Source: Azolla caroliniana (taxonomy: Eukaryota > Plantae > Polypodiophyta). From it: a stretch of 64,000 nucleotides of DNA. The notes under the pieces are model-generated. The model searched no databases. It saw nothing but the letters and a program-made list of their open reading frames with translations, and was not told the DNA's origin. The translations under genes and the position numbers were made by a program. The stretch is taken from assembly GCA_043228905.1 (NCBI GenBank), contig JBHGNT010000005.1:14074001-14138000 (forward strand), read 5' to 3'. The stretch's first letter is position 1, and every line of letters starts with the position of its first letter. Shown here one piece after another: positions 52,009-64,000 of this stretch.

Positions 52009-54603
52009 ATGCCGATCCTCATCTGCTCAACTCTGCGGTAATGGCTCATCGAGAAAGGCTTTGAAGGCTACATACGGGTAGGACAAACCCCACCACACCC
52101 CGAAGCACAAGAGGTCGCCAAGAAACTCAACGTTGACACGATCACAAACACCACCATCAGGAAGAAGTTGGGTTTATCGGGGATGTGCGAACGACACTTC
52201 GAAATTCCCCTTGCAGAAGCCCTTGAACAGTATTTCGGTGAATACTCAACCTCCGCGAAGGCCTATAGAACACGGGATATCCCGAACCCATTTTTTCGGG
52301 AAGTGACGAAGTTTTTGCTGGAAGTAGGCTGCGTACACATCAACGCCTACGGGATGTTGAAGTAGAAAGTTGACATCGTCATCGACACATTCGAGGGACG
52401 CGCCGTGGACTAGGGAGTTATCATGACCCAAGCATTGAGGGAGGTCATGCATGCATTTCAAGACGGAAAGAAGCTTCTTCCAATCATCTAACAATACTTG
52501 ACAATACTATTCCCTCCCCGCGGCCTGCCCGCCCCAGAAATAAGCCGCCAAATGGCTACACCACGGTCAACAAAACTAAGATTAGCTAACCTTGCAGTGC
52601 CGGAATGGGAGGAAGAACGTAATAGAAGTAGACCTGCCACAAGACAACCCACACGCAAACCGTGCTTACTTCAGCGAAGCACAACGAAACGGCATCCCAA
52701 GATGAGTAGGAGACAACACGCGGAAGTCTGAAACCCAAGCGTTGGAGGTTGGACAGAAAGGATGATCGCAGACTTGTTAAGGATACATACCCATGCGTTG
52801 AAGATTCCGCCCCTCTAGAGGCCACCAGGATATTGGAGCTCATCTCCGAACCACGACCAATAATAACCTCTCGATCGCAACGGAGAGCGAAGTCTTGTTG
52901 TACCCTGACATTCTGGACACGGCCCATGAGTTCGGCGCACTCTTGAAATTTGGCACAACGTACAAACTCATGGAGTTTTTGATGACACAACAAATAAAAG
53001 TGTCCCAACGAATGGCGGAAGAGCACGCCGAATGACAGATTATTAAGTGTGCATTGACCTAGACGACGGAAAGCGAAGATGAGGGGCCCCTCGCAAGGAT
53101 AGGAAGGAAGCACAATGCGAGGGTTCGCCGCGTAGCAATCAAACTCCCTCCACTTAAAACGGCCTTAGTAGAGGTCCATGGGGAATTAACGAAGGTCACC
53201 CTAGGCGCTAAAAACAAGAACACTTGGAAAATGGTGAAAAGAACCCATGTGAAGTTAGACAAAGCATAGGAGCGCATCACGCAGTTGGAGAATAACGCAC
53301 ACATGGCGCAACAAGCGCCAACTCTGAATTCCCAGGACACCGAAGTACAGACCTTGTGGGAGGAGGTTGAGGCTCAAGTGGTAGTAATGGCGAAAGCTAA
53401 AAGGGCTACGGAGCTCGCCGAATCTGAAATTGACTGCCTTAGATCAGAACTCTGCCAGTCTTCAGACAGAGAGGCGGACATCCGAGCAAAAGGGCACAAT
53501 GCGGTCTAGACAATTTAGGACAAGCTCAACGCCAAAATAGTAGCACATGGCCGAACAAAGGAAGAGAGGGCCAAGCTTCACGAAGAAGGAAACAAGAAGG
53601 AAACCACCATTATGGCGTTACATGAAGCGGCCCAGAAAAAGCAAGAATGGTATGACGAACAGATCGAGAACGAGTGCCAACTCAGGTTGATGTCGAAAAT
53701 CGCCTCAACAAGGCGATGGGCCGACTGGAGGAGCTCCATGACAAGGAGTCGAAAATATTGGTCCAAATGAAGACACATTATGAAGACTCCACAGTGGCCA
53801 ACAAGAGGAAGATTGAGAACCTCAAGAAGGCTTTGGAGGGCTTATAGAACCACATGAACTAGAGCACGGAGCGTATACGCACCCTCTTCCAAACAAAGCA
53901 CAAATGGTTTACGAGACAATTACAAGCCGCATTAGACAAAGGATGGGCCAGATGGGCAGCGTAGGCAGTGGAACTCCACGCATACAGAGCAGAATGGGAA
54001 AATTAGTGTAAAGAAGGGAAAGGTTTTTATAAACTAAGCGAAGAGAGCATGGCTATGGTGCGCAAAGACCTTGCGCAGGATTACCAAACTTTGGCCGACT
54101 GTCACACTGAAGAAATGGCACAACTATTAGAAGACTTCGGTGAGATTCAAGAAGAAGCATTCCACCGACTGTGCGACATCGGAAGTGAACATCAAAGGGC
54201 GGAAGAGATGAAGAAGGCGGAGGCCATCATCTTGTAGGATAGCAACTCCGTGGAATAGGACGAGAGCCCGAGTGAACAAACAAGCGCTTTGGAGGTGACC
54301 ACGACGACCGCACCCAACGAAACACTTACCACCATGGTAATCACTGTAGAAGAAGCGATCCAACAAGAACCATGGCCGAACACATGCCCACTACAACCGT
54401 TGGAGCCGCAAAGAGACCTTGACCATACCTCCACATGCGCGGACCATGAGATACGGTCGGTGCCGCCCATAGAGACGCTACGAGAGGAAACGCTGGTCGA
54501 GCCACAAAGTGACGAGCCCCACTACGTTATAGCGCTACTGGTTATGACAAGCAACAACGATCGCCCGGAGCTAAATATCCTTGAAATTTTGGACGACGAG
54601 TAA
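52009..54603 (+). pseudogene. Element F extra ORF, homolog of the D extra ORF
   Basis: YFGEYSTSAKAYRT vs D YFDEYSLSSKAYRT; TFEGRAVD vs TFEGLQVDW; GFYKLSEES vs GFYKMDEES; same C-terminus. Confidence 0.85.
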
Positions 54604-54611
54604 AGAGAGGA

Positions 54612-54651
54612 TGGGTTCGACGTTCCAAGGCACTGTCCTACAGGCGTGCCA
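54612..54651 (+). other. tRNA-Arg(UCU) 3'-end-like sequence occupying the PPT position of F
   Basis: TGGGTTCGA[CGTTCCAAGGCACT]GTCCTACAGGCGTGCCA then AG then the LTR; the last 11 nt are the exact reverse complement of F's PBS. Confidence 0.75.
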
Positions 54652-57528
54652 AGTGTTGTCCACCGGAAGCGGACTAGTGGGAAAAAAGTAAAGAAAAGAA
54701 CAAGAAGCGTATTATTATCGTAGGAGCGTTAAAAGAACGCATGTAACGGATCACGCAGGAAGCGTAACTGACTATGCCCTATGTATATAAAGGGCATATG
54801 AACATTGTACAAGCTAGCACAGTTTTGAGCATAGTTGTTTAATACAGTTTCTATCTTCTCTGATTTCGGTTTGAAGAGTTTCCTGTGTCGCTATTTCTGT
54901 GTAAATATCCAGCGTCATTGTTTAAGGTGAGTAAGCGTCGTTGTGCATTTACGCACGATAGGAGTTCGGTTGTAGCCGTCTCGAAGTTCACGTCTTACCT
55001 CATGAATAGTCAGTATGCTTTGTCGTTAGACTACACTGTAGTTACGTAGAGTACGCGTGGCCATTCCCTGTACCACGATCTCCTTGAGCCTACCCCGAAG
55101 GACTGAGGGTAGGCCGTGTTCCTAACCGGTAACAGAATGCACCTAGCCGAAAATGACTACTTCAGCATGGCAAAAGAGATGACAACGTTCTCATTGTGGA
55201 GAACCTACAAGCTGTGTACGAGTAAAAGTCCTCATCTTCAAAACTGATTTTGATCAAACAATTGTTCAACATGAAGATGAGAGAGACCGATCTAGGTACC
55301 TCTCACATTAACATCTTCAGCCAGGTGTTGTCAGAACTCTCCTCACAAGGGATCAACTTCAAAGAAGAAGTGAAAGCCCTTGCTTTCCTATTGAGCTTGG
55401 CAGCGAGTTGGGAGGTATTTTGCGCGACGTACGCCAATAGCTGATCGATCCTAAATCTGGATGAAACGATCGGCCAAGTCCTCACTGAGGATATTCGGCG
55501 AAAATCGATGAGACTTACCATCAATCAATCAGCAGAAGCCCATGACTCGACCGAGTCATTCGACTGACAGAGTCGAACAAGAGAACAAGCCGAGAGAACC
55601 GGTCAAAATACCAACCGATCAAAAATGAGGGGAGACTGACAACGGTCGAAGTCGAGAACGGGCCGATCAAGCAAATTCTGCACACACTGCAAAAATGTTG
55701 GCCACAATGTTTCCGACTACTGGTCGATCAAGAGGAAAGAGAGTGGTTGGTGATCCGAGCAAATTTGAGGACGACCCGACTCGGACCACTCTCCAATCAG
55801 CAACCAAATGAACGTTACTGACACTTGATCAGGAGAAATTCTCTCTGTGCACAAGATGCACACACGTGGCTACTGGATTCTGGTGCCACATTCCCCGTGA
55901 CCCCCAACATTGAATGGTTTGCGAACTATTCAGCCGACGCCAGCGGCGCAATCCCACTAGACAACGGGCAGGAGTGCAAAATCGCAGGGACCGGAGAAGT
56001 TCCCATCCGATTGCCCAATGGCAACATGATCACCTTGCACCGAGTTTGGCACGTACCTCATCTGAAAAGGAGTTAGGTTTCCATCGATAGCCTACTAAAA
56101 ACGGGCACAAAACGATTCTAAGTGAGTCGGTATGGATGATCAACCGAGGAAACTTGAAGATAGGAGGCGGGCACAAGTACAATAACTTGTACCCAATGAT
56201 GGTGATCAATCCAGAAGGGGCCATGAACATACCTGAAAAGACCGACCCAAACCTATGGCATGACAGACTTGGCCATATGTCTCAAGCTGGACTTGATCGG
56301 CTGGTGGCGGTTGGCTACATCCCGAAACTCCAAGCGAAGAAGGACTTCTGTGAGCATAGTTGATACGGGAAACAGACCCGAAGTCCACACTCTCTCCACT
56401 ATGAGACGGTACGACTGCCCTTAGAGCTCGTACACACAGATATATGTGGACCCATGCCAGAGTGATCACTAGGAGGCTCCCGATACTTCATCACCTTTGT
56501 AGATGACTGCACACGGAAGGTCTGGGCCTACTCCATTAGGTCCAAAGATGAAGCGCTCGAGGTCTTCACTTGGTGGATATCTGAAGTGGAGAATCGGTCG
56601 AGATACAAAGTGAAGACACCCACATCCGACACTTGAGGAGAATGTACCTCCAGAGCCTTCAAGAAGTACCTATCCAACAAAGGGATCCTGCATCAAAAGA
56701 TTGTTCCTTACACACCCATGCAGAATGGAGTAGCAGAACGGATAAACCGAACGATCCAGGAGAGGGTGGCGACAATGCTCCAACAAGTTGGACTGAAGCT
56801 GGAGTTCTGGACTGAGGCATTGCAGATGACAATATACTTGGTAAATCTATCACTTTTGAAGGCAATCAGGCTCGAAGTGCCACATGCACTATGGTCAGGC
56901 AAACAACTGACCTACGATAGGCTTCGTCTGTGTATTCGGATGCGACGCATACGCGTTCATCCCCAGGGAGAAAAGGACCAAGTTGGCACCCTATGCAATG
57001 AAATGCATATTTCTCTATTACAGAATGTTGAGAGTTGAACTCAACTTCCAATAGAGATAAGTTTCACAATAGCTCATGGACATACCAGGCTAGTTTTGTA
57101 AATAGTTGAAAGGGCACTTAACCTAGCCTAGTTGGTATTTAAACCAACCCTTTGTAACTTAGTTGTTGTTGGAAGAACTATACCATTTCTTATTCGATCT
57201 CTCTCTCTCTCTCTCTCCCTCTCTCTCTTTGCGTGTCTTACGTACACACACACACACACATAGAGTCATCTTTTGCTGCACTAAACCTCTCTCGATTCTT
57301 TACGTACACACACACACAAGGCTATTGGAGCTATCTTGAAGGTGCCCATGAAACACAACCCAACCCAACACCCACCGACTACCCAACTTGGGAGCAGGCC
57401 GTGAGCTGTGTGTTGTATGTACTGCCTTGCATCATGCCTTCATGATCACATGCTCGGCTACATTCGAGAGTCAAAATTGCCGAAAGAGGCATGGGGTAAT
57501 CTCAAGAAGATTTTTGCAACCAGCATGG

Positions 57529-60500
57529 TGTCGTAAAGATTCCGGGCCATGGTGAGAAACCGGGGAGTATCGGAAGAATTGGCAGGGTGGAGCATGTGCA
57601 CTCACCTTTGTACAAATCGTGTAAATGATAGGGGCGCCATCATGGCGCCGGACAATAGTTAATTCGGGACAGAGGATCCCATGTAATAAGGTTATCCCAC
57701 ATTGTGACGCATCCCTCTCCTTGTTCTATAAAAGGAAGGGAGCGCCCTTTGTAAAGGGGTTGCCCATTTTGAGTCATAAGGGTTTATCATTTTTGGTCGA
57801 GGGTTGTTTGTTATGAATTTTTCTAGTATTAGTAGCTTCTTGGTAGACTTCTTCTTCTTCTTCTCCTTTTTGAGAAGTTGGGCACCGCAACCATGGTAGC
57901 AAAGCTCTGTTAGGGTTAAGTTCTTCTTCTTCTGGGTGTTGCCTGACTCAAAGCCAGGGTTGTATCTTCCCCTTTTAATATATATATATATATACGTTTT
58001 CTTCTCTTCATCTTGGTGTAGGGTGTGTTGTCTCTGTTTTCTGTTAGGGTTTCGATGTCTTCTGTGTGTGTGTGCGTAGGTCGTGTGTTCGGTTGTGGCA
58101 GGTGGCGTGCGGACTGTCTGTGCTTTCCCTGAGTTCCTACTCGTTGGCTCTCAGCACTCCGCTGTCTGGCATGTCTGCAAGTGTGTGTGTAGGTGCTGGC
58201 TTTTGTTGCTTATACAGAGCTTGTGCGTTAGGTGGCTTGCTGGCAGGTCTCCACCCTTGGTGCGCAAGACCCCACTCGGTTCAGCGATCCCATGCGCTCC
58301 CCGAAGGCGGCTTGGCATTGGAGGCGGTCGTTTTGGAAAAGGCGACACGCCCTGCACGAGGGTCTCGTTGCGCGGACGAGCCCGAGAGCTCCTCGAATGG
58401 CCCTAGGATGCAGGCTCCTTCTTCCCGTCCGTGTGGAACTGGCATCGCAGCGAGCGGTGCGTGTGTAGGTGCGTGTGTATCTCCAGTTAGCATAGGGTCC
58501 AAGAGTGGGTGTGTGTGTGGTCGCCGGTGTAGAGGTACCGGTTGTAACCGGGTATGTATATGTGTGTGTGCATGTGCGTGGTCGCAGTTAATCGGGCCGT
58601 GTTTCTACATCTTTTGGGCCCCTTATACATATGGGCGAAAGGGGTGGCAAGGGCAAGGGCATGCTCTCTCGCTTCACGTGCGGTTACCGGTCGGGTCCGG
58701 AGAGTAACCGGGATCAAACCGACTGGAAACGCGGCAAGCCCCAGAGGATTCGGGTCCCCGACAACTCCTCCCCTTCTAGTCCATGACCCTGGTGGTCCCG
58801 CCTCGGATCCGACATGCAAGCGCGGAATACCGCGACATATTTGGTGAACCCGACGTGAAGGGCGGCAAGGGAGGATGGAGTTCGAGGCCAAAGACTTCGA
58901 GGAGGAGAGTCGAGAAGCGGCGCATCAAGATGGGTGAGGTCGAAGAAGTTTGCCGTTACAACGGGAACAGAGTCCCACGAGTTTCACCGAAGGTTCGACC
59001 ATCCAACATAAAGAGGATGAGCTCCGAGTAGCTCACAGAGCGCGGTCACCCAAAGGTGAAACAAAGGGGGCGTGCGGACGAGACGGACGTGGTCGAGCCA
59101 GAGGCCAAGCGGGGCACGACGGTGCCAGTACGAGAGAGGGTGCGGGACGAGCCACCCTTTTTTACATGGGGAGAAAGACTGACCGGGCGAAGGTCGAGAA
59201 TCGAAGGGAAACTGATCGAGGGTGCGGAACGAGTCCGGCAGGATCGGCCTTGAAGCCGAAACACCAGACATTGGAGAATCAAGCCCAGGAGGGGTTTGAT
59301 CGATCATAGACCAGATGCTTTCCACCATCACCACTAAAAGGGTCGATGACCCCGTATGAGTCGTCGGGAGTCGTTATGAAATCGGTATCCCCACATCTTG
59401 ACCGGAGACTTCGGCAGTTCGGCCGGTGTGGCAATGTGAGACCGAAAGAGATGGAAGATGGAGGCAGGAGCACAACAAGGAGAGTGACGAAGAGTCTGGG
59501 AGAAGTACAAGGGACCAAGCGGAGAACGAAGACCGGTCCTATGGGTCACCTCACACTGGGTGAGAGACTTCGGTGGTCGGCATCGGATCCGACGTAAGAC
59601 CAAGATATTGACGGTGGCGGCAGGAGAACGGGACCGGCAATGCAAAGTGATGGACGGACCCGGACGAGAATCGGGCGGAGCGGACTTCTGGATAACCGAT
59701 CCGGGAGGGAGGACAAAGCGGTACCACGGGAGAGGGTGTGGAGCGAGCCACCCTCTCGACTTCCGGAGAAAGATGACCCGGGATAAGGTTCAGAGATATG
59801 AAAACCCAAGGAGGATCCCTCATACTAGTTCTAGACACCCCGACAGATGGCAACGAGAGCCGGCGTGAGACCTAGAGTGACGAACGGTGGCGGTGAGGGG
59901 ACGAAGGCAAGGGATTGCAGATGGGTGGTCTATAGAGATCCTCACACCGATCCGGCAGTCGGCCCGAGAGCCGGCGTGAGTCCTATACGAGAGATCGGTG
60001 GAAGAGGTGAATGTGACTAGCAGAAGAGGTCGACGCGGAGGTCAGGACTACGGCGAGGGGAAACGGCAAGCGGTACTGTTGCGACCTTACACACACCGGT
60101 TCTGGAGACTCTGGTAGCTGGTAACGAGAGCGGGCCTGAGACCTAGAGAGAAGGACGGTGGTGGCGGCAAGGCGGGCAACCGAAGACGGCAAAGAGGAGG
60201 TCCCACGAAGACACTCACACCGATCCAGAGACTCCGGCAGCCGGCGACGAGAGCCGACGTGAGACCTAGAGAGAAGGACGGTGGCGGCAAGAGAATGTAA
60301 CCAGATGATGGAAAGCAACGAAAGGAGGTATGAGGCCGACGAGGTGGCCACAAACCGGATATGGACCCGACCGGCAGAGTCGACAAGACAAAGAATGGAC
60401 GCGCTTGGTACGGGAGTCGGTGACCCAACAAATCGGAGGCCCAAGAAGGATCCTTCACGCCTATCTGGAGACTCCGGCTATTCGGCCGACGTGGCAATGT

Positions 60501-63031
60501 GAAACCGAGGGTAATAGAAGGTGGAGGCAAGGGGGCGAGGACGGCAACAGCCGAGGCACAGACCGGCCAAGGCGTTACGTGAATGAAGGAGGCCATGCGG
60601 GCTGGGACACGGCAGGGGTGATCTTTCGGTAAGCTGCCGGGGACACCCGGTTGGGGAGCGGGTTGCCGAGTTGGAAAGGGCACACCCGAAAGCGGAACGG
60701 AAGACGTGCGTGTGGCCATCAAGGGCCAAAGTGAAGGACGAGAACGGGACAGTGTTCGGAACAGGTGGTGCCGAACAAGGAAGGCGGATGCGCGGCACAC
60801 AGAGGTGCCGGGAATGGGAACACGCGCGCGCGTAAACGGACTACGCAGGATGGAGTTCAGGAACAAGATCAAGGGCCGGAGAAGGATCCTCCACACCCGC
60901 TTCGGAGATCTCGGCAGCTCAGTCGGAGTGGCAATGACTGACGTGGCGGGCTTAACCTGAGATAACAAGCTGGTGGGGGCGAGGGGACGACGGGAGGCAG
61001 GAGGCTCCAAACCGGTGGCAGCAGCGCAAGACGAAAGTGGCCAAGCGAGCTACTACCGGGTGTTCCTCGGATGTAGAGGACACCAGTATGCAGAGAAGCG
61101 GTGATGCATGATCTGTCCGGGCGAGGGTCGATGACGCGTGCATAGGACGAAACCGGGGTTCGGCACGGGCGGAACCAAACACGGGAAGGGGGATGCGCGA
61201 CACACGGAGGTGCCATAGCGGGAACACCGGCGTGGAGATAGGTTGCCGGTTCAGGTGATCTCACGTAGAAGGCCAAAGAGGGATCCTCCACACTGGTTTT
61301 AGAGACCTTGGCAGTTCGGTCGCCGTGGCAGCGTAAGACCAAGGAGAAGGTAGGTGGCGGCAAGGGGACGAAGGCGATGGAGATCAATGCGGGACGAGAA
61401 CCAGGACGATGCGAAGGTCGACGGAGGCCAAGCAGGCCATCACGGGTGCTCCTCGGACGGAGGATACCGCGTAACTGAAGGAACGAGAGGCGTGCATGTG
61501 GTCAAAAGAAGGGCCAACGGGGAAGCACGCGCACTACGGGATCGTGGCAAATGACCTATCAACGGGTGGAACAAGCCTACGGCGAGGCAAACGCGGAGAA
61601 GGAACCGGAGCCAACGGTTCTGACCGGCGAGTGCAACGCGGCACCCGAAATGCGGATTATGGAAGACCGGGTCCTCACCGGCCAGAATCTCTCACACTTC
61701 TTCGAACTTGGCACGTACCGGTGGACGTGCGGTTTGGTGGGGGCGGATATTGTGAAGATTCCAGGCCATGGTGAGAAACCGGGGAGTATCGGAAGAATCG
61801 GCAGGGTGGAGCATGTGCACTCACCCTTGTACAAATCATGTAAATGATAGGGGCGCCATCATGGCGTCAGACAGTAGTTAATTTGGGACAGAGGATCCCA
61901 TGTAATAAGGGAATTATCCCACATTGTTACGCATCCCTTTCCTTGTTCTATAAAAGGAAGGGAGCACCTGTGTAAAGAGGTTGCCCATTTTGAGTCATAA
62001 GGGTATACCATTTTTAGTCGAGGGTCGTTTGTTAAGAATTTTTCTAGGATTAGTAGCTTCTTGGTAGTCTTCTTCTTCTTCTTCTCCTTCTTGAGAAGTT
62101 GGGTGCCACAGCCATGGCAGCAAAGCTCTGTTAGGGTTAAGTTCTTCTTCTTCTGGGCGTTGCCCGACTCGAACCCGGGGTTGTATCTTCCCCTTTTAAT
62201 AGATATATATACTTTGTCTTCTCTTCATCTTGGTGTAGGGTGCGTTGTCTCTGTTTTTTGTTAGGGTTTTGGTGCGTTCTGTGTGCGTGCGTAGGTGGTG
62301 TGTTCGGTTGTGGCAGATGGCGTGTGGACTGTCTGTGCTTTCCCCGAGTTCTTGCTTGCTGGCTTTTAGCACTCCGCTATCTGGCATTTTTGCGAGTGTG
62401 TGTGTAGGTACTGGCTTCTGTCGCTTATACAGAGCCTACACACTAGGTGGTTCGCTTGCAGGTCTCCCTCCTTGGCGCGCAAGACCCCACTCGGTTCAAC
62501 GAGCCCATGTGCTCCCCGAAGGCGGCTTGGCACTGGAGGCGGTCATTCTGGAAGAGGTGTGCCTGGACGAGGGTCCCGTTACGTGGATGAGCCTAAGAGC
62601 TCCTCGACCGGCCCTAGGATGCAAGCTCCTTCTCTTCCTCCGCGTGGAACTGGCATCTCAACTAGTGGTGCATGTGTAGGTGTGTGTGTGTCTCCAGTTA
62701 ACGTAGGGTCCGAGAGCGGGTGCGTGTGTGGTCGCCGGTGTAGAGGTGCCGGTTGTATTCAGGTATGTATAAGTGTGTGTGTGTGTGCCGGTTAATTGGG
62801 CCGTGTCCCGTGCCTCTTTTGGGCCCCTTGTACATACGGACGAAAGGGGTGGCAAGCGCAAGGACGCGTTCTCTCGCTTCCCGTGGGGTTACCGCTCACG
62901 TCCGGAGAGTAACCAGGATCGAACTAGCTGTCAACGCGGCAAGCCCCGGAGGATTCGGGTCCCCGACAACTCCTCCCCTTTTGGTGGTGGTCCCGCCCGG
63001 ATCCGACATGCAAGCGCGGAATACCACGACA
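57529..63031 (+). mobile_element. Element G: non-coding LARD-like derivative of the A/C lineage with 1.3-kb LTRs
   Basis: LTRs 57529-58837 and 61748-63031; Trp PBS 58842-58859; PPT nearly identical to A's; 4-bp TSD ATGG/ACGG restores host frame ATSTAARK; no pol motifs inside. Confidence 0.9.
59380..61400. repeat. Degenerate internal repeats of G
   Basis: GGATCCTCCACAC..GGAGAC..CGGCAG..GTGGCAATGTGA-like blocks near 59385, 60448, 60883 and 61282; GAGAGCCGGCGTGAGACCTAGAG blocks at 59855-60290. Confidence 0.7.
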
Positions 63032-64000
63032 ACGGCTGCACGTAAGCTCCAACTCCGACAGGGGCTAAATAGTATTCAAGAGAGGGAGATGTCAATCGAC
63101 ACCTACACCTTGAAGTTCATGGAGTTGTGTGATGCCCTCGGGTCGATTAATGTTTTCATCGACGATGATAAAATGATGCAAATATGCCTTGGAGGCTTGG
63201 CACCTCGAATCAGCGCAACAAGGTCGACCGTTCTCGCGAGAGAGAATCCTCCCTCCTTCTTCGATCTCCAATCGATATTGCTGATCGAAGAAAATCATGT
63301 TCAACAAAGGAACAACTCACATGATGGTCAGATGCTCTATTCAAACCTCGTTGGAGGAAGAGGACAAGGTTAAGGAAATAGAGGCCGATTCGGACGAGGC
63401 CGACACAACGAAGAGCAACCCCGTGAACACAACTTCTACTACTGACAAGACGTGTCAAACACGCAAGGCGGAGGGTCTAGAAGAAGGGGGAGCCATCCGG
63501 CCAGACCAAGCAACCGTAACAGCCTGATCAAATGCGGGTACTATGGAAAACTCGGCCACTACGAAGAGGAGTGCCGAAAGAAGAAGCGAGACTCCGCTTC
63601 GACCAATCAACAACGACTACGACAAACGTAGTAGAATGTTCACGATGAGGCACAAAGCGTACTCAATGGCGACACAAGGTGAAACAAGCACCACACCCTC
63701 ACATAATGTATGGTTCGTTGACTCGGGAGCATCCAATCATATGACATCTTATGAAGATTGGTTCCGAGAATTACGAAAACCCAAACGTCTCGGATACGTC
63801 GAAACAAGTGATGACACGACTCATTCAATACGGCATACCGGGAACATCCCATTCGGAAACGATGACAAACAAACGTACCTCAAAAACTTCCTGCATGTCC
63901 CAACTATCATGAAAAACCTAGTCTTGGTCTGCCAGATTGTCGAACAAGGCATGCAATTATGATTCAACATTGACGGATGCTTCATTGAAAAAGAAGATCG

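Larger units (their letters stand above)
45644..55134 (+). mobile_element. Element F: full-length decayed non-chromoviral Ty3/gypsy (gag-pol plus extra ORF); autonomous-type relative of D; no PPT
   Basis: LTRs 45644-46201 and 54654-55134; TSD GAATG; PBS 46206-46220; PR, RT, RH and IN motifs. Confidence 0.93.
45086..57025 (+). mobile_element. Element E: Ty1/copia (Tnt1/Tork-like), 5' LTR 45086-45350, tRNA-Met PBS; gag split by F, cut after IN by I
   Basis: PBS TGGTATCAGAGC 45353-45364; KFDGRNFALWK; WLLDSGAT; LWHDRLGHMS; QNGVAERINRT; rest of the element lies outside the window. Confidence 0.88.
57026..64000 (+). mobile_element. Element I: Ty1/copia related to H; 5' LTR about 57026-57370, gag split by G, runs off the window
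   Basis: LTR starts TGTTGAGA; gag AWGNLKKIF..ARKLQLRQ, PSFFDLQSILLIEENHV; WFVDSGASNHMT; PBS and gag start are missing. Confidence 0.82.

Noticed and set aside
58066-58707. 213-aa ORF and other ORFs in the G LTRs and interior
   Set aside because: Low-complexity GT/GC-rich sequence; frames are not preserved between the two LTRs

Overview
Plant nuclear DNA, probably from a fern or other seed-free plant (inferred from the retroelement lineages). A two-gene island (about 24.4-36.6 kb) holds mitochondrial-type phosphatidylserine decarboxylase PSD1 (+) and a convergent plastid-targeted DUF1995/LPA3-family gene with a C-terminal SAP domain (-). It is flanked by two LTR-retrotransposon nests, each at least five levels deep, reconstructed from LTR pairs and target-site duplications (TSDs). 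Left nest: K > A > B > C > D. Right nest: J > H > (solo LTR; E > F; E > I > G). The strongest candidate for something undescribed is in the related Ty3/gypsy elements D and F. Neither has a polypurine tract (PPT). In its place, ending 2 nt before the 3' LTR, each carries a sense copy of the 3' end of tRNA-Arg(UCU) including CCA, split by a small hairpin, which suggests tRNA-primed plus-strand synthesis. The tRNA-Trp-primed family (A, C, G) shows a covarying -1 frameshift pseudoknot located after the protease, a covarying hairpin before the PPT, and 4-bp TSDs. Element B looks self-priming in the Tf1 manner. All calls were made by eye; tRNA and Arabidopsis comparisons are from memory and need database confirmation.
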